From Geotalea daltonii FRC-32 (GTDB taxonomy: Bacteria > Desulfobacterota > Desulfuromonadia > Geobacterales > Geobacteraceae), in assembly GCF_000022265.1 (NCBI RefSeq), contig NC_011979.1:3750001-3782000 (forward strand): DNA of 32,000 bases, written 5' to 3'. Positions 1 to 9,441 of the stretch are shown here, piece after piece. The first letter of the stretch is position 1. Each line of letters begins with the position of its first letter. Both the position numbers and the translations under genes were made by a program. Below the pieces are notes generated by a model. The model worked only from the letters and a program-made list of their open reading frames with translations, was not told where the DNA came from and ran no database searches.

Positions 1-1802
1 GCCACTCGCTCCCGCTTGCTGGTGTGCAGGCCGGTCTCCGGCAGGGTTGAGGCCAGGTTTTCCCTGTCTTTTTCACCGATCTTTTTGGCCAGCTGTTTTT
101 TCAGTATCCGGTGCACCACCAGGTCCGGATAGCGGCGTATGGGAGAGGTAAAATGGGTATAGGAAGCGGCAGCCAGGCCGAAATGGCCGACATTTTCCGC
201 AGAGTAGCGTGCCTGCTTCATGCAGCGCAACAGCACCTCGTTTATCATTCGCTCTTCCGGTTTCCCTTGGGCCTGGTCAAGTATCCGCTGGAACTCTCCA
301 GGGCTTACCTTTTCTTCCTGCAGACGCAGCTCATAGCCGAAATTGAAGATGAACTCCTTGAAATCCTGCAGCTTGGCAAACTCGGGTGTCTCATGGATCC
401 GGTAAAGGAAGGGAAGCTCCCGCTCTTCAATATGGGAGGCAACCGCCTCGTTGGCGGCAAGCATGAATTCTTCGATGATCTTGTGGGCCAGGTTGCGCTC
501 GGCCCGGACAATGGCCGTGATGCCGCCGGTCAGATCCAGCAGGATCTCCGGTTCGGGCAGGTCGAAATCGATGCTCCCCCTTTTCCGGCGCTTGGCCATC
601 AGGCGCAGGGCCAGTTCCTCCATGGTTTTAAGCTCGGGCACCAGTTCCGCATATTCCTTGACCAGCTCTGGGTCGTTGTCGACAACGATCTTTTTCACCT
701 TGGTATAGGTGAGCCTGGCCACACTCCTGATGACGCTGGGGTAAAAGGCCGCTTCCAGTATGGTGCCGCTTCCATCGAAGAGCATCTCCGCCGTCATCGT
801 CAGGCGGTCCACCTGGGGATTCAAGGAACAAATGCCGTTGGAAAGCTCTTCCGGAAGCATGGGAATGCAGCGGTCGGGGAAATAGACCGAAGTGCCCCGC
901 AGGTATGCCTCCTTGTCCAGGGGAGAGCCGGGCTTCACATAATGGGAAACGTCGGCGATGGAGACCCAGAGGCGAATGGCGCCCTTTCCCTCTTTTTTCA
1001 CGGAAACCGCATCGTCGAAATCCTTGGCCGTCTCCCCGTCGATGGTTACCGTCAGCTGGCCACGCAGGTCGGTCCGCCCCTCGAGTTCTGAATCCTGGAT
1101 AGTCTCAGGAACCGCCCGGGCAGCCTTCAGGACCGATGGCGGAAAAACGTCGGGAAGTTCGTGCTTTCTGATGATGGTCTGCACTTCCACTTCCGGCTCA
1201 TCGGGCCAGCCGAGAACCTCGATGATCCGTCCTTCCATGGAACGGCCGGCACCGGCGTAGGAGGTTATCTCGGCGACGACCACCTGGCCATTTGTCGCCT
1301 TGCCTGCGGCTTTCGCCGGAATTATGATGTCCTTGCCGATACGGACCTCATCGGGTATGACGCGGGAGACCTTAGCTCCCTTTTCAAAGCGGCCGACGAG
1401 TTTCGAAAAACCACGCTCCAGCGTTTTGACGATTCGCCCTTCCTGCTTACCGTCCCGCTTTTTGGCCACGATCTGCACCTCGACCCGGTCGCCGTGCATG
1501 TTTTCCCTGAGATAACGGGCGGGAATGAATACATCCTCCCCTTCTTCCGGCATGACGAAACCGTAGCCGTCACGGTGGACGCTCAACTTGCCGGTCAGGC
1601 CGGTGCCGGAGGCCGGCAGAATGAAAAGTCGCCCCCTCAAGCGCAGAAGCGCCCCTTCGTCGACGAAACCGTCGATGATCGCTTTGAACTTTGGGCGCTC
1701 AGCCTTGCTGATGCCGAAAGCCTGCATCATTTCCCTGAATTCCATGGGAACTCCGGCATTATTCTTCAGCAGTTTTACAACGGCTTCTTTTTTTATCTTC
1801 AT
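1..1802 (-). CDS. rnr: Ribonuclease R (3'-5' exoribonuclease), N-terminal ~600 aa; the 3' end runs off the window
   Basis: The reverse-strand frame is open from pos 1 to the ATG at 1802..1800 (MKIKKEAVVKLLKNNAGVPMEF...). Hand translation gives a cold-shock-domain motif VHRDGYGFV (~1560-1590), the RNB motif AKDFDDAVS (~995-1020) and GHFGLAAASYTHFTSPIRRYPDLVVH (~110-190). The listed + ORFs 111..1091 and 1161..1928 are antisense shadows of this gene. Confidence 0.88.
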   Translation of the reverse strand, partial: MKIKKEAVVKLLKNNAGVPMEFREMMQAFGISKAERPKFKAIIDGFVDEGALLRLRGRLFILPASGTGLTGKLSVHRDGYGFVMPEEGEDVFIPARYLRENMHGDRVEVQIVAKKRDGKQEGRIVKTLERGFSKLVGRFEKGAKVSRVIPDEVRIGKDIIIPAKAAGKATNGQVVVAEITSYAGAGRSMEGRIIEVLGWPDEPEVEVQTIIRKHELPDVFPPSVLKAARAVPETIQDSELEGRTDLRGQLTVTIDGETAKDFDDAVSVKKEGKGAIRLWVSIADVSHYVKPGSPLDKEAYLRGTSVYFPDRCIPMLPEELSNGICSLNPQVDRLTMTAEMLFDGSGTILEAAFYPSVIRSVARLTYTKVKKIVVDNDPELVKEYAELVPELKTMEELALRLMAKRRKRGSIDFDLPEPEILLDLTGGITAIVRAERNLAHKIIEEFMLAANEAVASHIEERELPFLYRIHETPEFAKLQDFKEFIFNFGYELRLQEEKVSPGEFQRILDQAQGKPEERMINEVLLRCMKQARYSAENVGHFGLAAASYTHFTSPIRRYPDLVVHRILKKQLAKKIGEKDRENLASTLPETGLHTSKRERV

Positions 1803-2006
1803 ATGACCCTCTCATGCTCATTAAAAAAAACTGTACTCAATATGCTAAAATTTCTTCAGGCTTGTCAAACATTTTACACGTTTAAGGCAAAAAGCTTTGC
1901 ATTTTTACGGACGATGCAGTTAGTATAAGCAGCTGTGTGACCCTAATTCATTGTAATGACTACTAATTTACCACTTCAAATGAATTTGTCATAAAAGGAG
2001 TTTTCG

Positions 2007-4160
2007 ATGTTGTTCCGCAGTCTCACCGCCCTTGCCCTGATCATCCTTTTTTCCATCTCCGCTTCGGGCACGACCCTTTTTCCACTGCCCGACGAGGCGT
2101 TGCAGGAGGCATCGAAACATTTCCGCGACAAGGATTATGGCCCCGCCCGGGAATCGGCACTGAAAGCGCCCCAAAGCGGCATCCGCGACTTCATTCTCGG
2201 CATGGCTGCCATAAAACTGGAACAGTGGCAGGAGGCCATCTCCTATCTTGGCTATGCCGCCCATAATTTCCCCCTCCTTGGAGATTACGCTCTCTATAAT
2301 CAGGCAACGGCTTTTTCCAGACAGGACAAACATCCTGAGGCACTTGCTTCTCTGGGAAAGATGCTGAAGGTCTATCCGGAAAGCCCGATCAACCGGGCCG
2401 CCATTTATCTCAAGGGGAACGAACTCTATGCCAGCGGCAATTTCATTGACGCCTTGAAGACCTACACCGACTTCATCGAAAGATATCCCCAGGGGGCAGA
2501 TTCCCTGACAGCACTTTACAGGTCGGCACTCTGCCGGGAGCAGCTTGGCGACCCCGCCGCTGCAGCCTCCATTCTGCGCTCCATCCCCATCAATTATCCC
2601 GCCTCCTCGCTGACTCCCAAGGCATCCCTCGACCTGGAGCGGCTGGCACAGACGGGAATTAAAATCGAGCCTCTTTCCACCAATGAGATTTTTCGCCAGG
2701 GAACCATACTCTTTGATCTGGGTAAATATGCTCAGGCCATAAAGACCTTTGACTCGGTACTACAGAAGTCCTCAAATCCCGAAATCAACGTCAGATTCCA
2801 GTTCAAAAAGGCGCAGGCGCTTTTCAAATCCAGACACTACAAGGATGCGGAACAGCTGTTCACAGCACTGGGGAAAGTGAACTCAGGAAAAGTGCTGAAT
2901 GGGGAAATCCGCTTCTGGCTGGCAAGAACACTGGCAAAAAACGGCAAGGAAGATGAAGCTGTCAGTGCATACCTGCTGCTGGCCGATACCTGGCCCAAAG
3001 CTGCTCTTGCCGACGATGCCCTGCTGGAAGCGGCCCAGATCAGGAAATCGCAGAAAAAGACCGATGAAGCCCAACAGCTGCTGCAAAGATCACTCTTCCT
3101 TTATCCGGAGTCCGGCCTGAAAAAGAGCCTGCTCTGGGAGATCGCCTGGGAACGGTACCAGGCAAAAGACTACAAGGCTGCAAGCGACTGGTTCGGCAAA
3201 CTGGCCGGTTATGAAAATGCCCGCGACCGGGCCCTTTACTGGCGAGGGAAATCCCTGGCGGCAGCCGGCGACCAGGAAGGAGCCAAGGCCTCATTTTCCC
3301 AACTGATGACCGAATTCCCCCTGGGTTATTATGCCCTTACCCATGCCAAAGAAGCCGGAATCGCCAGTACCGAAACAACTCTGCCGCCAGTTGACCTGAC
3401 CGAAGCTTTGCCGGTACCGGCCGGTTTCGAGCGGGTAAAGGCACTGATAACCCTCGGCTTTTATGATGAGGCCCAAAAGGAACTCTCCGGCCAGAAAAAG
3501 CCGAAAATGCAGCAGGGAATCGCCCGTCTCTACCTGGAAATGGGCAACTACAACGCGGTGGTCCATCTGTTTAAAAAGGAGCCTCTGAGCCGACTGGACA
3601 AGGAATCCGCCCTGGCATGGGGACTCAACTACCCCCTTGCCTTCAGGGACTATGTCACCAAGAATGCCGGCGACAGCAACCTGCCCGAAAGCCTTGTGTA
3701 CGCCATAATCCGCGCCGAGAGCACCTATTCCCCCACGGCCCTCTCGCCGGTGGGAGCAGTGGGGTTGATGCAGCTGATGCCAGCAACCGCCTCAGCCGTC
3801 GCCAGGGGCAAACTGGACAGAAACAGCCTCACCGTGCCGGCCGTTAACATCCGTTTCGGCTCGAAACATCTGAAAGACCTGCTCGACTACCACAACGGCG
3901 ACCTGGTCAAGGTGATTGCCGCCTACAACGCCGGCTCAGGCAACGTGGGCAAATGGGAAAAAAGGCTGGGGGATATGCCCAGAGATCAATTCATCGAGAA
4001 TATTCCCTTCGGCGAAACCAGGGAATACGTGAAAAAGGTACTGGCGGGCATGGAACTGTATCAGCGGTTTTATGGGCTGGACCGGAAACCGGTGGAAAAA
4101 GCTGCGACCCCCGCGGAGAAGACAGCAGCGGTTCAGTCGGAACTGCAGCCGGCCCAATAA
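2007..4160 (+). CDS. slt: Soluble lytic murein transglycosylase (signal peptide, long TPR/superhelical region, C-terminal SLT domain)
   Basis: 717-aa ORF with RBS AAAGGAG upstream. The N-terminus is hydrophobic (MLFRSLTALALIILFSISASG). The C-terminal catalytic block is AIIRAESTYSPTALSPVGAVGLMQLMPATA...AAYNAGSGNV, typical of family-1 lytic transglycosylases. Confidence 0.85.
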   Translation: MLFRSLTALALIILFSISASGTTLFPLPDEALQEASKHFRDKDYGPARESALKAPQSGIRDFILGMAAIKLEQWQEAISYLGYAAHNFPLLGDYALYNQATAFSRQDKHPEALASLGKMLKVYPESPINRAAIYLKGNELYASGNFIDALKTYTDFIERYPQGADSLTALYRSALCREQLGDPAAAASILRSIPINYPASSLTPKASLDLERLAQTGIKIEPLSTNEIFRQGTILFDLGKYAQAIKTFDSVLQKSSNPEINVRFQFKKAQALFKSRHYKDAEQLFTALGKVNSGKVLNGEIRFWLARTLAKNGKEDEAVSAYLLLADTWPKAALADDALLEAAQIRKSQKKTDEAQQLLQRSLFLYPESGLKKSLLWEIAWERYQAKDYKAASDWFGKLAGYENARDRALYWRGKSLAAAGDQEGAKASFSQLMTEFPLGYYALTHAKEAGIASTETTLPPVDLTEALPVPAGFERVKALITLGFYDEAQKELSGQKKPKMQQGIARLYLEMGNYNAVVHLFKKEPLSRLDKESALAWGLNYPLAFRDYVTKNAGDSNLPESLVYAIIRAESTYSPTALSPVGAVGLMQLMPATASAVARGKLDRNSLTVPAVNIRFGSKHLKDLLDYHNGDLVKVIAAYNAGSGNVGKWEKRLGDMPRDQFIENIPFGETREYVKKVLAGMELYQRFYGLDRKPVEKAATPAEKTAAVQSELQPAQ

Positions 4161-4266
4161 CACCCACTGCTCGCTCCGCTCGCTTCCCCCCTATGAAATA
4201 AACAACACCCCACTGCTCACTACGTTCGCTTCCCCCCTATGAAATAGAGGGGACTGAGGGGGGTCC
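4161..4266. repeat. Intergenic C-run/G-run repeat family, copy A (1.5 tandem units), immediately after the slt stop
   Basis: cacccactgctcgctccgctcgcttcccccctatgaaata is followed by caccccactgctcactacgttcgcttcccccctatgaaatagaggggactgaggggggtccc. The same core (CTGCTCAC-N-GTTCGCTTCCCCCCTATGRAA...GGGG..GAGGGGGGT) recurs at 6839-6903 and 12218-12278, and partly at 28615-28660. The C-runs can pair with the G-runs. Confidence 0.8.
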
Positions 4267-4968
4267 CTACAGCATCCCCTTCAGGTAGCCCTGCCGCCGT
4301 TCCTCGGCAAAGCGCTCAATGGCATAGCGGAGCATGGTTCTGGGCATCTGCCGGTAATGGGCGGCAAGAAACGCCTCTTCCGCCTGCAGGTCGCGCTTGC
4401 CCACTTCCCTGAGCATCCAGCCCACCGCCTTGTGGATCAGGTCTTCCCTGTCCTGCAGCAACATCTCCGCAATTTCCAGGGTCTTATCAAACCTGCCCCG
4501 GCGGATAAAATGGAACGTCGCCATGATGGCGATCCTTCTTTCCCAGATTATGCCGGACCGGGCCAGCCCATGGAGCGGCCCGCAATCCCTCTCCAGAAGA
4601 TAACCGCCGACGATATGCTCCGCCGAGGCATCTACCAGATCCCAGTTATTGATGAAGCGGGTGTTCTGAAGATAGAGCCGATAGATGGCATCCCGCTCCG
4701 CCTCTCCCCCCAGCTTGAACTTGCCCACCAGGATCAGGAGCGCCAGAAGCCGGTCCTCGTGATAGCTGCTGGATAAAAGCAGCGCTGCCTGCCCCATGGG
4801 CATAGCCAGGTAAGCCGCCGCAAGCTTGCGCAAGGGCGGCACTCGAATACCGCGAAACATGTCCCCTTCCCCATACTGGCCGGGGCCGGTCTTGAAGAAG
4901 CGCTGCAAGAAGAGGCCGTCGGCTTCATCGGCAAGTGCGGCAAGTTCGTTTTTAATTTCCTCGATCAT
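4267..4968 (-). CDS. DNA alkylation repair protein (AlkD/HEAT-repeat-like family)
   Basis: 233-aa ORF. FFKTGPGQYGEGDMFRGIRVPPLRKLA...NNWDLVD...HKAVGWMLREVGK matches my memory of the 'DNA alkylation repair enzyme' family. Confidence 0.7.
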   Translation of the reverse strand: MIEEIKNELAALADEADGLFLQRFFKTGPGQYGEGDMFRGIRVPPLRKLAAAYLAMPMGQAALLLSSSYHEDRLLALLILVGKFKLGGEAERDAIYRLYLQNTRFINNWDLVDASAEHIVGGYLLERDCGPLHGLARSGIIWERRIAIMATFHFIRRGRFDKTLEIAEMLLQDREDLIHKAVGWMLREVGKRDLQAEEAFLAAHYRQMPRTMLRYAIERFAEERRQGYLKGML

Positions 4969-5136
4969 GTGGCCCTCAATTTAGCGTGGAAATATAATCC
5001 GCCTGCAATTCAAAGTCAAAGGAGATTACCTGCTGCTTTTTGTCCCGACCTCCTTCACCTTAAAAAACTTGGGCTGACAGATTGACAGCATACTGACCAT
5101 GTGGTTGAATGTGCCTTATTTATGAAGGATTACGCA

Positions 5137-5550
5137 ATGATAGACATGGAAAAAAATGTCGGTTTTCTATTGGCAAAGGCATACCAGAGAGCCTGTGCCA
5201 TATTTAAGGAAATGTTCGAGGGATATGATTTGACCACGCAGCAGTTCGGTCTGCTCGGCTTTCTCTGGCAGGAAGACGGGCTTTCCCAGGCGGAGCTGTC
5301 GACACGAAGCCAGATTGACCGCACCACCATGGGCGGGCTGATAGATCGGCTGGAAAAAGAGGGACTGGTCCAGAGACTGCCCCATCCCAAAGACCGCCGT
5401 GCTTATCAGATCTGCCTGACCGAACAGGGAAAAGCCATGAAAGAGGAGCTTTCGCCCCTGGCAATGAAGGCGCTGGCCCGTTTTACCGCTCCCCTTACCG
5501 ACCAGGAAGTGGAAACCCTGAGACAATTGCTGCAGAAACTCCGCCGCTGA
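5137..5550 (+). CDS. MarR-family transcriptional regulator
   Basis: The ORF is open from 5101 (GTG). I prefer the ATG at 5137, preceded by AAGGAT. The winged-HTH signature is LTTQQFGLLGFLWQEDGLSQAELSTRSQIDRTTMGGLIDRLEKEGLVQRLPHPKDRRAY. The start codon is uncertain (5101, 5122, 5137 or 5146). Confidence 0.8.
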   Translation: MIDMEKNVGFLLAKAYQRACAIFKEMFEGYDLTTQQFGLLGFLWQEDGLSQAELSTRSQIDRTTMGGLIDRLEKEGLVQRLPHPKDRRAYQICLTEQGKAMKEELSPLAMKALARFTAPLTDQEVETLRQLLQKLRR

Positions 5551-5562
5551 TCTGGAGAAACC

Positions 5563-6837
5563 ATGATGAAACCGACCGTAGTCGCCATACTGACAGTGGC
5601 CCAGCTGTACCTGAGCGCCACATCGGCCTTTGCACTGACCTTGAAAGACTGTTTGACGCGGGCGGCTGTTGCCAATAGCCAGCTCAAGGCATCATCCCAT
5701 GATGAGCAGGTGGCCACCGAAGCTGTCGGAATAGCCACGAGCGGTTACCTGCCACGGGTGGACCTGCAGGCGGGGTACACGGCACAGCAGGCTCCCCAGG
5801 CGGTGAAATTCACCGCGGAACCCATACCGACCCAGCAGGCTGATTATGCCTTCGCCAACCTGTCCATTTACCAGACCCTCTATGATTTCGGCCGCACGCG
5901 GGCTCGCAGGGAACAGGCGATCATGGCCAGCGAGGCGGCTCAACAGGCCTACCGGGGAGAGGAGCAGGATGTCTTTCTCCAAGTGGTCAGGGCCTACTAC
6001 GGCATTCTCGCCGGGCAGAAATACCTGGTCACTGCGGATGATGAGGTAAAGCAGATGACCCATCACCGGAAAGTGGCCCAGGACATGTACGAACAGGGAG
6101 TGGTGACGCGCAACGACCTGCTCCAGGCCCAGGTGAAACTGGCCAACAGCAAACAAAAGCGGCTCTCTGCCGCCAACAGCCTGGAAAACAGCTGGCTCTA
6201 TCTGAATTTTCTCACCGGGCAGGAAACAGGCTTTCGTTCTGAACTGGAAGAACCGGAACAGCGCACGGAAACGGCCGATCTGCATATGATGATGGAGATT
6301 GCCCTGCGCAAGCGACCGGAAATTGCCGCCCTGAAGAAAACCATTTTGGCCGATGAAGCCGCCATCAGGGAATACAGGAGCAACTATTATCCGGAGCTGT
6401 ACGCCAAGCTGGCCATGGACTATCTGGAAAATAACCGGGTCCAGGAACAGACGATTCTATCGGCAACGGTCGGCTTCAAGATCAACCTCTTCGATGGTCT
6501 GGCCACTACCTCCCGCAAACGGCAGGCGGTGAAGATCAGGTCGCGGGAAGAGGAGCGGCTGCGTAACCTGGAAGCAAGTGTCCGCCTTGAGCTGGAGACC
6601 GCTCTGAATGACCTTAAGGTTGCCGAAGAGCGCATTTTGGTCTCGGAGACCGCCATCCGCCAGAGCGAGGAAAACCTGCGCATCAACAATGACCGCTATG
6701 TGGAAAAGGTGGGGACGGCCACCGACGTCATCGATGCCCAGACCCTGCTCACCCAGACGCGGAACGACTACTTCAGCTCGATTTTCGATTACCAGGTGGC
6801 GGCGGCGAGGGTGAAGCGGGCGGTGGGTGAGTTGTAG
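5563..6837 (+). CDS. TolC-family outer membrane efflux protein
   Basis: 424 aa with a signal-like N-terminus. Two-repeat coiled-coil architecture with typical blocks (LTLKDCLTRA..., YLPRVDLQAGY, LLQAQVKLANS..., DVIDAQTLLTQTRNDYFSSIFDYQVAAARVKRAVG). It lies 12 nt downstream of marR, so co-transcription is likely. Confidence 0.8.
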   Translation: MMKPTVVAILTVAQLYLSATSAFALTLKDCLTRAAVANSQLKASSHDEQVATEAVGIATSGYLPRVDLQAGYTAQQAPQAVKFTAEPIPTQQADYAFANLSIYQTLYDFGRTRARREQAIMASEAAQQAYRGEEQDVFLQVVRAYYGILAGQKYLVTADDEVKQMTHHRKVAQDMYEQGVVTRNDLLQAQVKLANSKQKRLSAANSLENSWLYLNFLTGQETGFRSELEEPEQRTETADLHMMMEIALRKRPEIAALKKTILADEAAIREYRSNYYPELYAKLAMDYLENNRVQEQTILSATVGFKINLFDGLATTSRKRQAVKIRSREEERLRNLEASVRLELETALNDLKVAEERILVSETAIRQSEENLRINNDRYVEKVGTATDVIDAQTLLTQTRNDYFSSIFDYQVAAARVKRAVGEL

Positions 6838-6838
6838 T

Positions 6839-6903
6839 ACCCACCCCCCTGCTCACCGGGTTCGCTTCCCCCCTATGGAATATGGGGGATAGATGGGGGT
6901 CTC
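6839..6903. repeat. Intergenic C-run/G-run repeat family, copy B, immediately after the tolC-like stop
   Basis: cccacccccctgctcaccgggttcgcttcccccctatggaatatgggggatagatgggggtctc aligns with copies at 4206-4266 and 12218-12278. Confidence 0.8.
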
Positions 6904-6971
6904 TGGCATCCAACAGAATCTGCGGTATAATTAAATCATTATAATTATAATCTGCCACTGCCGGGTGCCCA

Positions 6972-9275
6972 ATGCTCCGCTGGCCTGGACGCGTAAAACT
7001 GACCCCCATGTCAATTGTGCTCATCTACACCCTTACCGGTGTCCTATGGGCAATTACGGCCATTAATCTGCACACGGGCGATCTGGGGCAATATTTTACC
7101 TTCATCAGGTTCGAAATCGCCAACCACACCTTCTTCATCCTGGTCACCGCCCTGATGCTTTACTTCCTCATCCATCACAGCCTTGAAGAAATACTGCAGC
7201 GGGAAGAATCCCTGCACCGGGTGGGCCGGGCCTTTAAATCCCTGAGCGAGTGCAACAAGGCGCTCATCCATGCTGCCGACGAGGTACAGCTGATGGAGCA
7301 GATCTGTCGCACCTTTGTGGAGATCGGTGGCTACCGCCTGGCCTGGGTGGGCATTGCCGAACATGATGAGGAAAGGACCGTAAGGCCGGTTGCCCAATGG
7401 GGAGACCGGAATGGCTACCTGAAGAACCTGAAGCTATCCTGGTTTGATAACGAATGGGGACGGGGACCGACCGGCACGGCCATCCGCAACTGCAGCACAA
7501 TCGTCGTCCAGCATATACCATCCGATCCCACCTGGAGACTGTGGCGTGACCGTGCCATGGAGCATGGCTTTGCGGCATCCATTTCCCTTCCCCTATCGGG
7601 AGATGAAGGCCCTTTTGCGGCTCTGGTCATCCTTGCCGGTGAAGAGGGGGCCTTTGACAACACCGAGGTGAAGCTCCTGGAAGAACTGGCCGCTGATCTT
7701 TCCTTCGGTATTCGGGCACTGCGCAGGGATGCAGAACGGAAAAAGGCGGAAAAGGAACGCACCCTTTTCGCATCGGTAATCCAGCAGGCCCAGGAGGGTA
7801 TCATTCTCATGGACGACAGCGGCCTGATCCGCTATGCCAACCCGGCAGTGGAGGCAATCATCGGCCATGCACCGGAGACCATGACCGGCAGGAACATCCG
7901 GGAGATCGACTGCGAGCCCCAAATGCACGGCTTTTACACCGCCATCTGGGATGCCGTTTCCCGCGGGGACATGCGCATCACCAACGCCATCCAGAGGGGG
8001 GGAGAGCCGCTGCCGTACTATTTCGATGCCACCCTCTGGTCCATCTCCGATGAAGCGGGTATTGCCAATACCTATGCGGCCCTGATCAGGGATGTGACCC
8101 ACGAGATCCTGCTGGAGCGCCAACTGAGCCAGGCCCAGCGCATGGAAGCCATCGGTACCCTGGCCGGCGGCATTGCCCATGATTTCAACAACAGCCTGGC
8201 GTCCATCATCACCTGTACGGAATTGGCACGGGATGATGTGGCGGAAGACGACCCGGTGAGGGAACTTCTGGACGTGGTGCTCAAATCAAGCTACCGGGGC
8301 AGAAACCTGGTCAAGCAGATCCTCACCTTCAGCTGCCAGGTTGAACAGGAACGGCAACCGGTCCATGTGGAGCGCATTATCCATGAATGCCTCAAACTTC
8401 TGCGCGCCTCCTTCCCCACCTCCATTACCATCCGCCACGACATCTGCAGTCAGCCCGGCATGGTCATGGCCGATCCCACCCAGATCCACCAGATCATCAT
8501 GAACCTGTGCACCAATTCAGGCCATGCCATGCATGACAGCGGCGGCTTTCTGGACATCAGGCTGGCAAATGTGGATCTGGATACCGCCGCCGTCTCCGGC
8601 TTCCCCGACCTTCCTTCGGGACGTTACCTGAGATTGAGCGTCCAGGACACCGGGCACGGCATGGACCAGGCTACCATGGAGCGGATCTTCGACCCGTTCT
8701 TCACCACCAAGACCAGGGGGGAAGGAACCGGGCTGGGGCTGTCGGTAGTCCACGGCATCGTCAAAAACCATGGCGGATCGATCATGGTTACGAGCGAACC
8801 AGGCAAGGGAGCGTCCTTTCACATTTTTCTACCCCGCACCGACACCCCGGAGACGTCACTCGCCGAAACCTGGCAGCCTCCGCCGCTCCATGGGCAGGAA
8901 AGAATCCTTTTTGTGGATGACGAAGAGGACCTGCTCTTTGCCGGCAAAAAGATGCTGGAGCGGCTGGGATACCAGGTGGAAGCGTGCCGTGACGGCAATG
9001 AAGCGCTGCAGACTTTCAGGCTGCAACCCCATTGTTTTGACCTGGTGATCACCGATCAGACCATGCCCCAGATGACCGGTACAGAACTTACCAGGGCAAT
9101 TCTGCAGATCAGGGAGGACGTGCCGGTGATCCTCTGCACCGGCTTCGGCCATGCATCCAAAGAGTTCGCAACCCGGGAAGGCCAGGCGGCAACCGGAATC
9201 CGCGAGCTGGCCCTGAAGCCTTTCGAGCGGGCGGAAATGGCGAAGCTGATCCGCCGGGTGCTGGATCAAGGATAA
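6972..9275 (+). CDS. Hybrid sensor histidine kinase (2 TM, GAF, PAS, HisKA, HATPase_c, C-terminal receiver)
   Basis: 767 aa. H-box GGIAHDFNNSLASI; ATPase G-boxes DTGHGMD and GEGTGLGLSVVHGIV; receiver ILFVDDEEDL...DLVITDQTMPQMTG...KP. The start may instead be the internal ATG at ~7008 (MSIVLIY). Confidence 0.85.
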   Translation: MLRWPGRVKLTPMSIVLIYTLTGVLWAITAINLHTGDLGQYFTFIRFEIANHTFFILVTALMLYFLIHHSLEEILQREESLHRVGRAFKSLSECNKALIHAADEVQLMEQICRTFVEIGGYRLAWVGIAEHDEERTVRPVAQWGDRNGYLKNLKLSWFDNEWGRGPTGTAIRNCSTIVVQHIPSDPTWRLWRDRAMEHGFAASISLPLSGDEGPFAALVILAGEEGAFDNTEVKLLEELAADLSFGIRALRRDAERKKAEKERTLFASVIQQAQEGIILMDDSGLIRYANPAVEAIIGHAPETMTGRNIREIDCEPQMHGFYTAIWDAVSRGDMRITNAIQRGGEPLPYYFDATLWSISDEAGIANTYAALIRDVTHEILLERQLSQAQRMEAIGTLAGGIAHDFNNSLASIITCTELARDDVAEDDPVRELLDVVLKSSYRGRNLVKQILTFSCQVEQERQPVHVERIIHECLKLLRASFPTSITIRHDICSQPGMVMADPTQIHQIIMNLCTNSGHAMHDSGGFLDIRLANVDLDTAAVSGFPDLPSGRYLRLSVQDTGHGMDQATMERIFDPFFTTKTRGEGTGLGLSVVHGIVKNHGGSIMVTSEPGKGASFHIFLPRTDTPETSLAETWQPPPLHGQERILFVDDEEDLLFAGKKMLERLGYQVEACRDGNEALQTFRLQPHCFDLVITDQTMPQMTGTELTRAILQIREDVPVILCTGFGHASKEFATREGQAATGIRELALKPFERAEMAKLIRRVLDQG

Positions 9276-9288
9276 AATAAAGAAATTT

Positions 9289-9420
9289 AGCCACGAATGA
9301 CACGAATCAACACGAATAAAACCTTTTCTCTTCATTTTCCATCCGCAACCTGATTCTCCTGCAGTGGGAGGGGGAACAGAAGAACGATGTTAAATTCGTG
9401 ACCATTCGTGTCATTCGTGG
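9289..9420. repeat. MITE-like or structured inverted-repeat element built from CACGAAT triplets
   Basis: Left arm gccacgaatgacacgaatcaacacgaat (9289-9316). Right arm attcgtgaccattcgtgtcattcgtggc (9393-9420). The outer 18 bp are perfectly complementary. Each arm carries 3 direct CACGAAT heptamers. The 76-bp centre is non-repetitive. Confidence 0.75.
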
Positions 9421-9441
9421 CGAAAAAGGGTTTTCAACATT

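Noticed and set aside
5060-5100. Repeated TGACAG/TGACCA motifs (ctgacagattgacagcatactgaccat) upstream of marR, considered as a MarR operator and TTGACA -35 box
   Set aside because: It is plausible, but the -10 partner (TTGAAT at 17-nt spacing) is weak and overlaps alternative start codons. The evidence is insufficient to annotate it as a feature.
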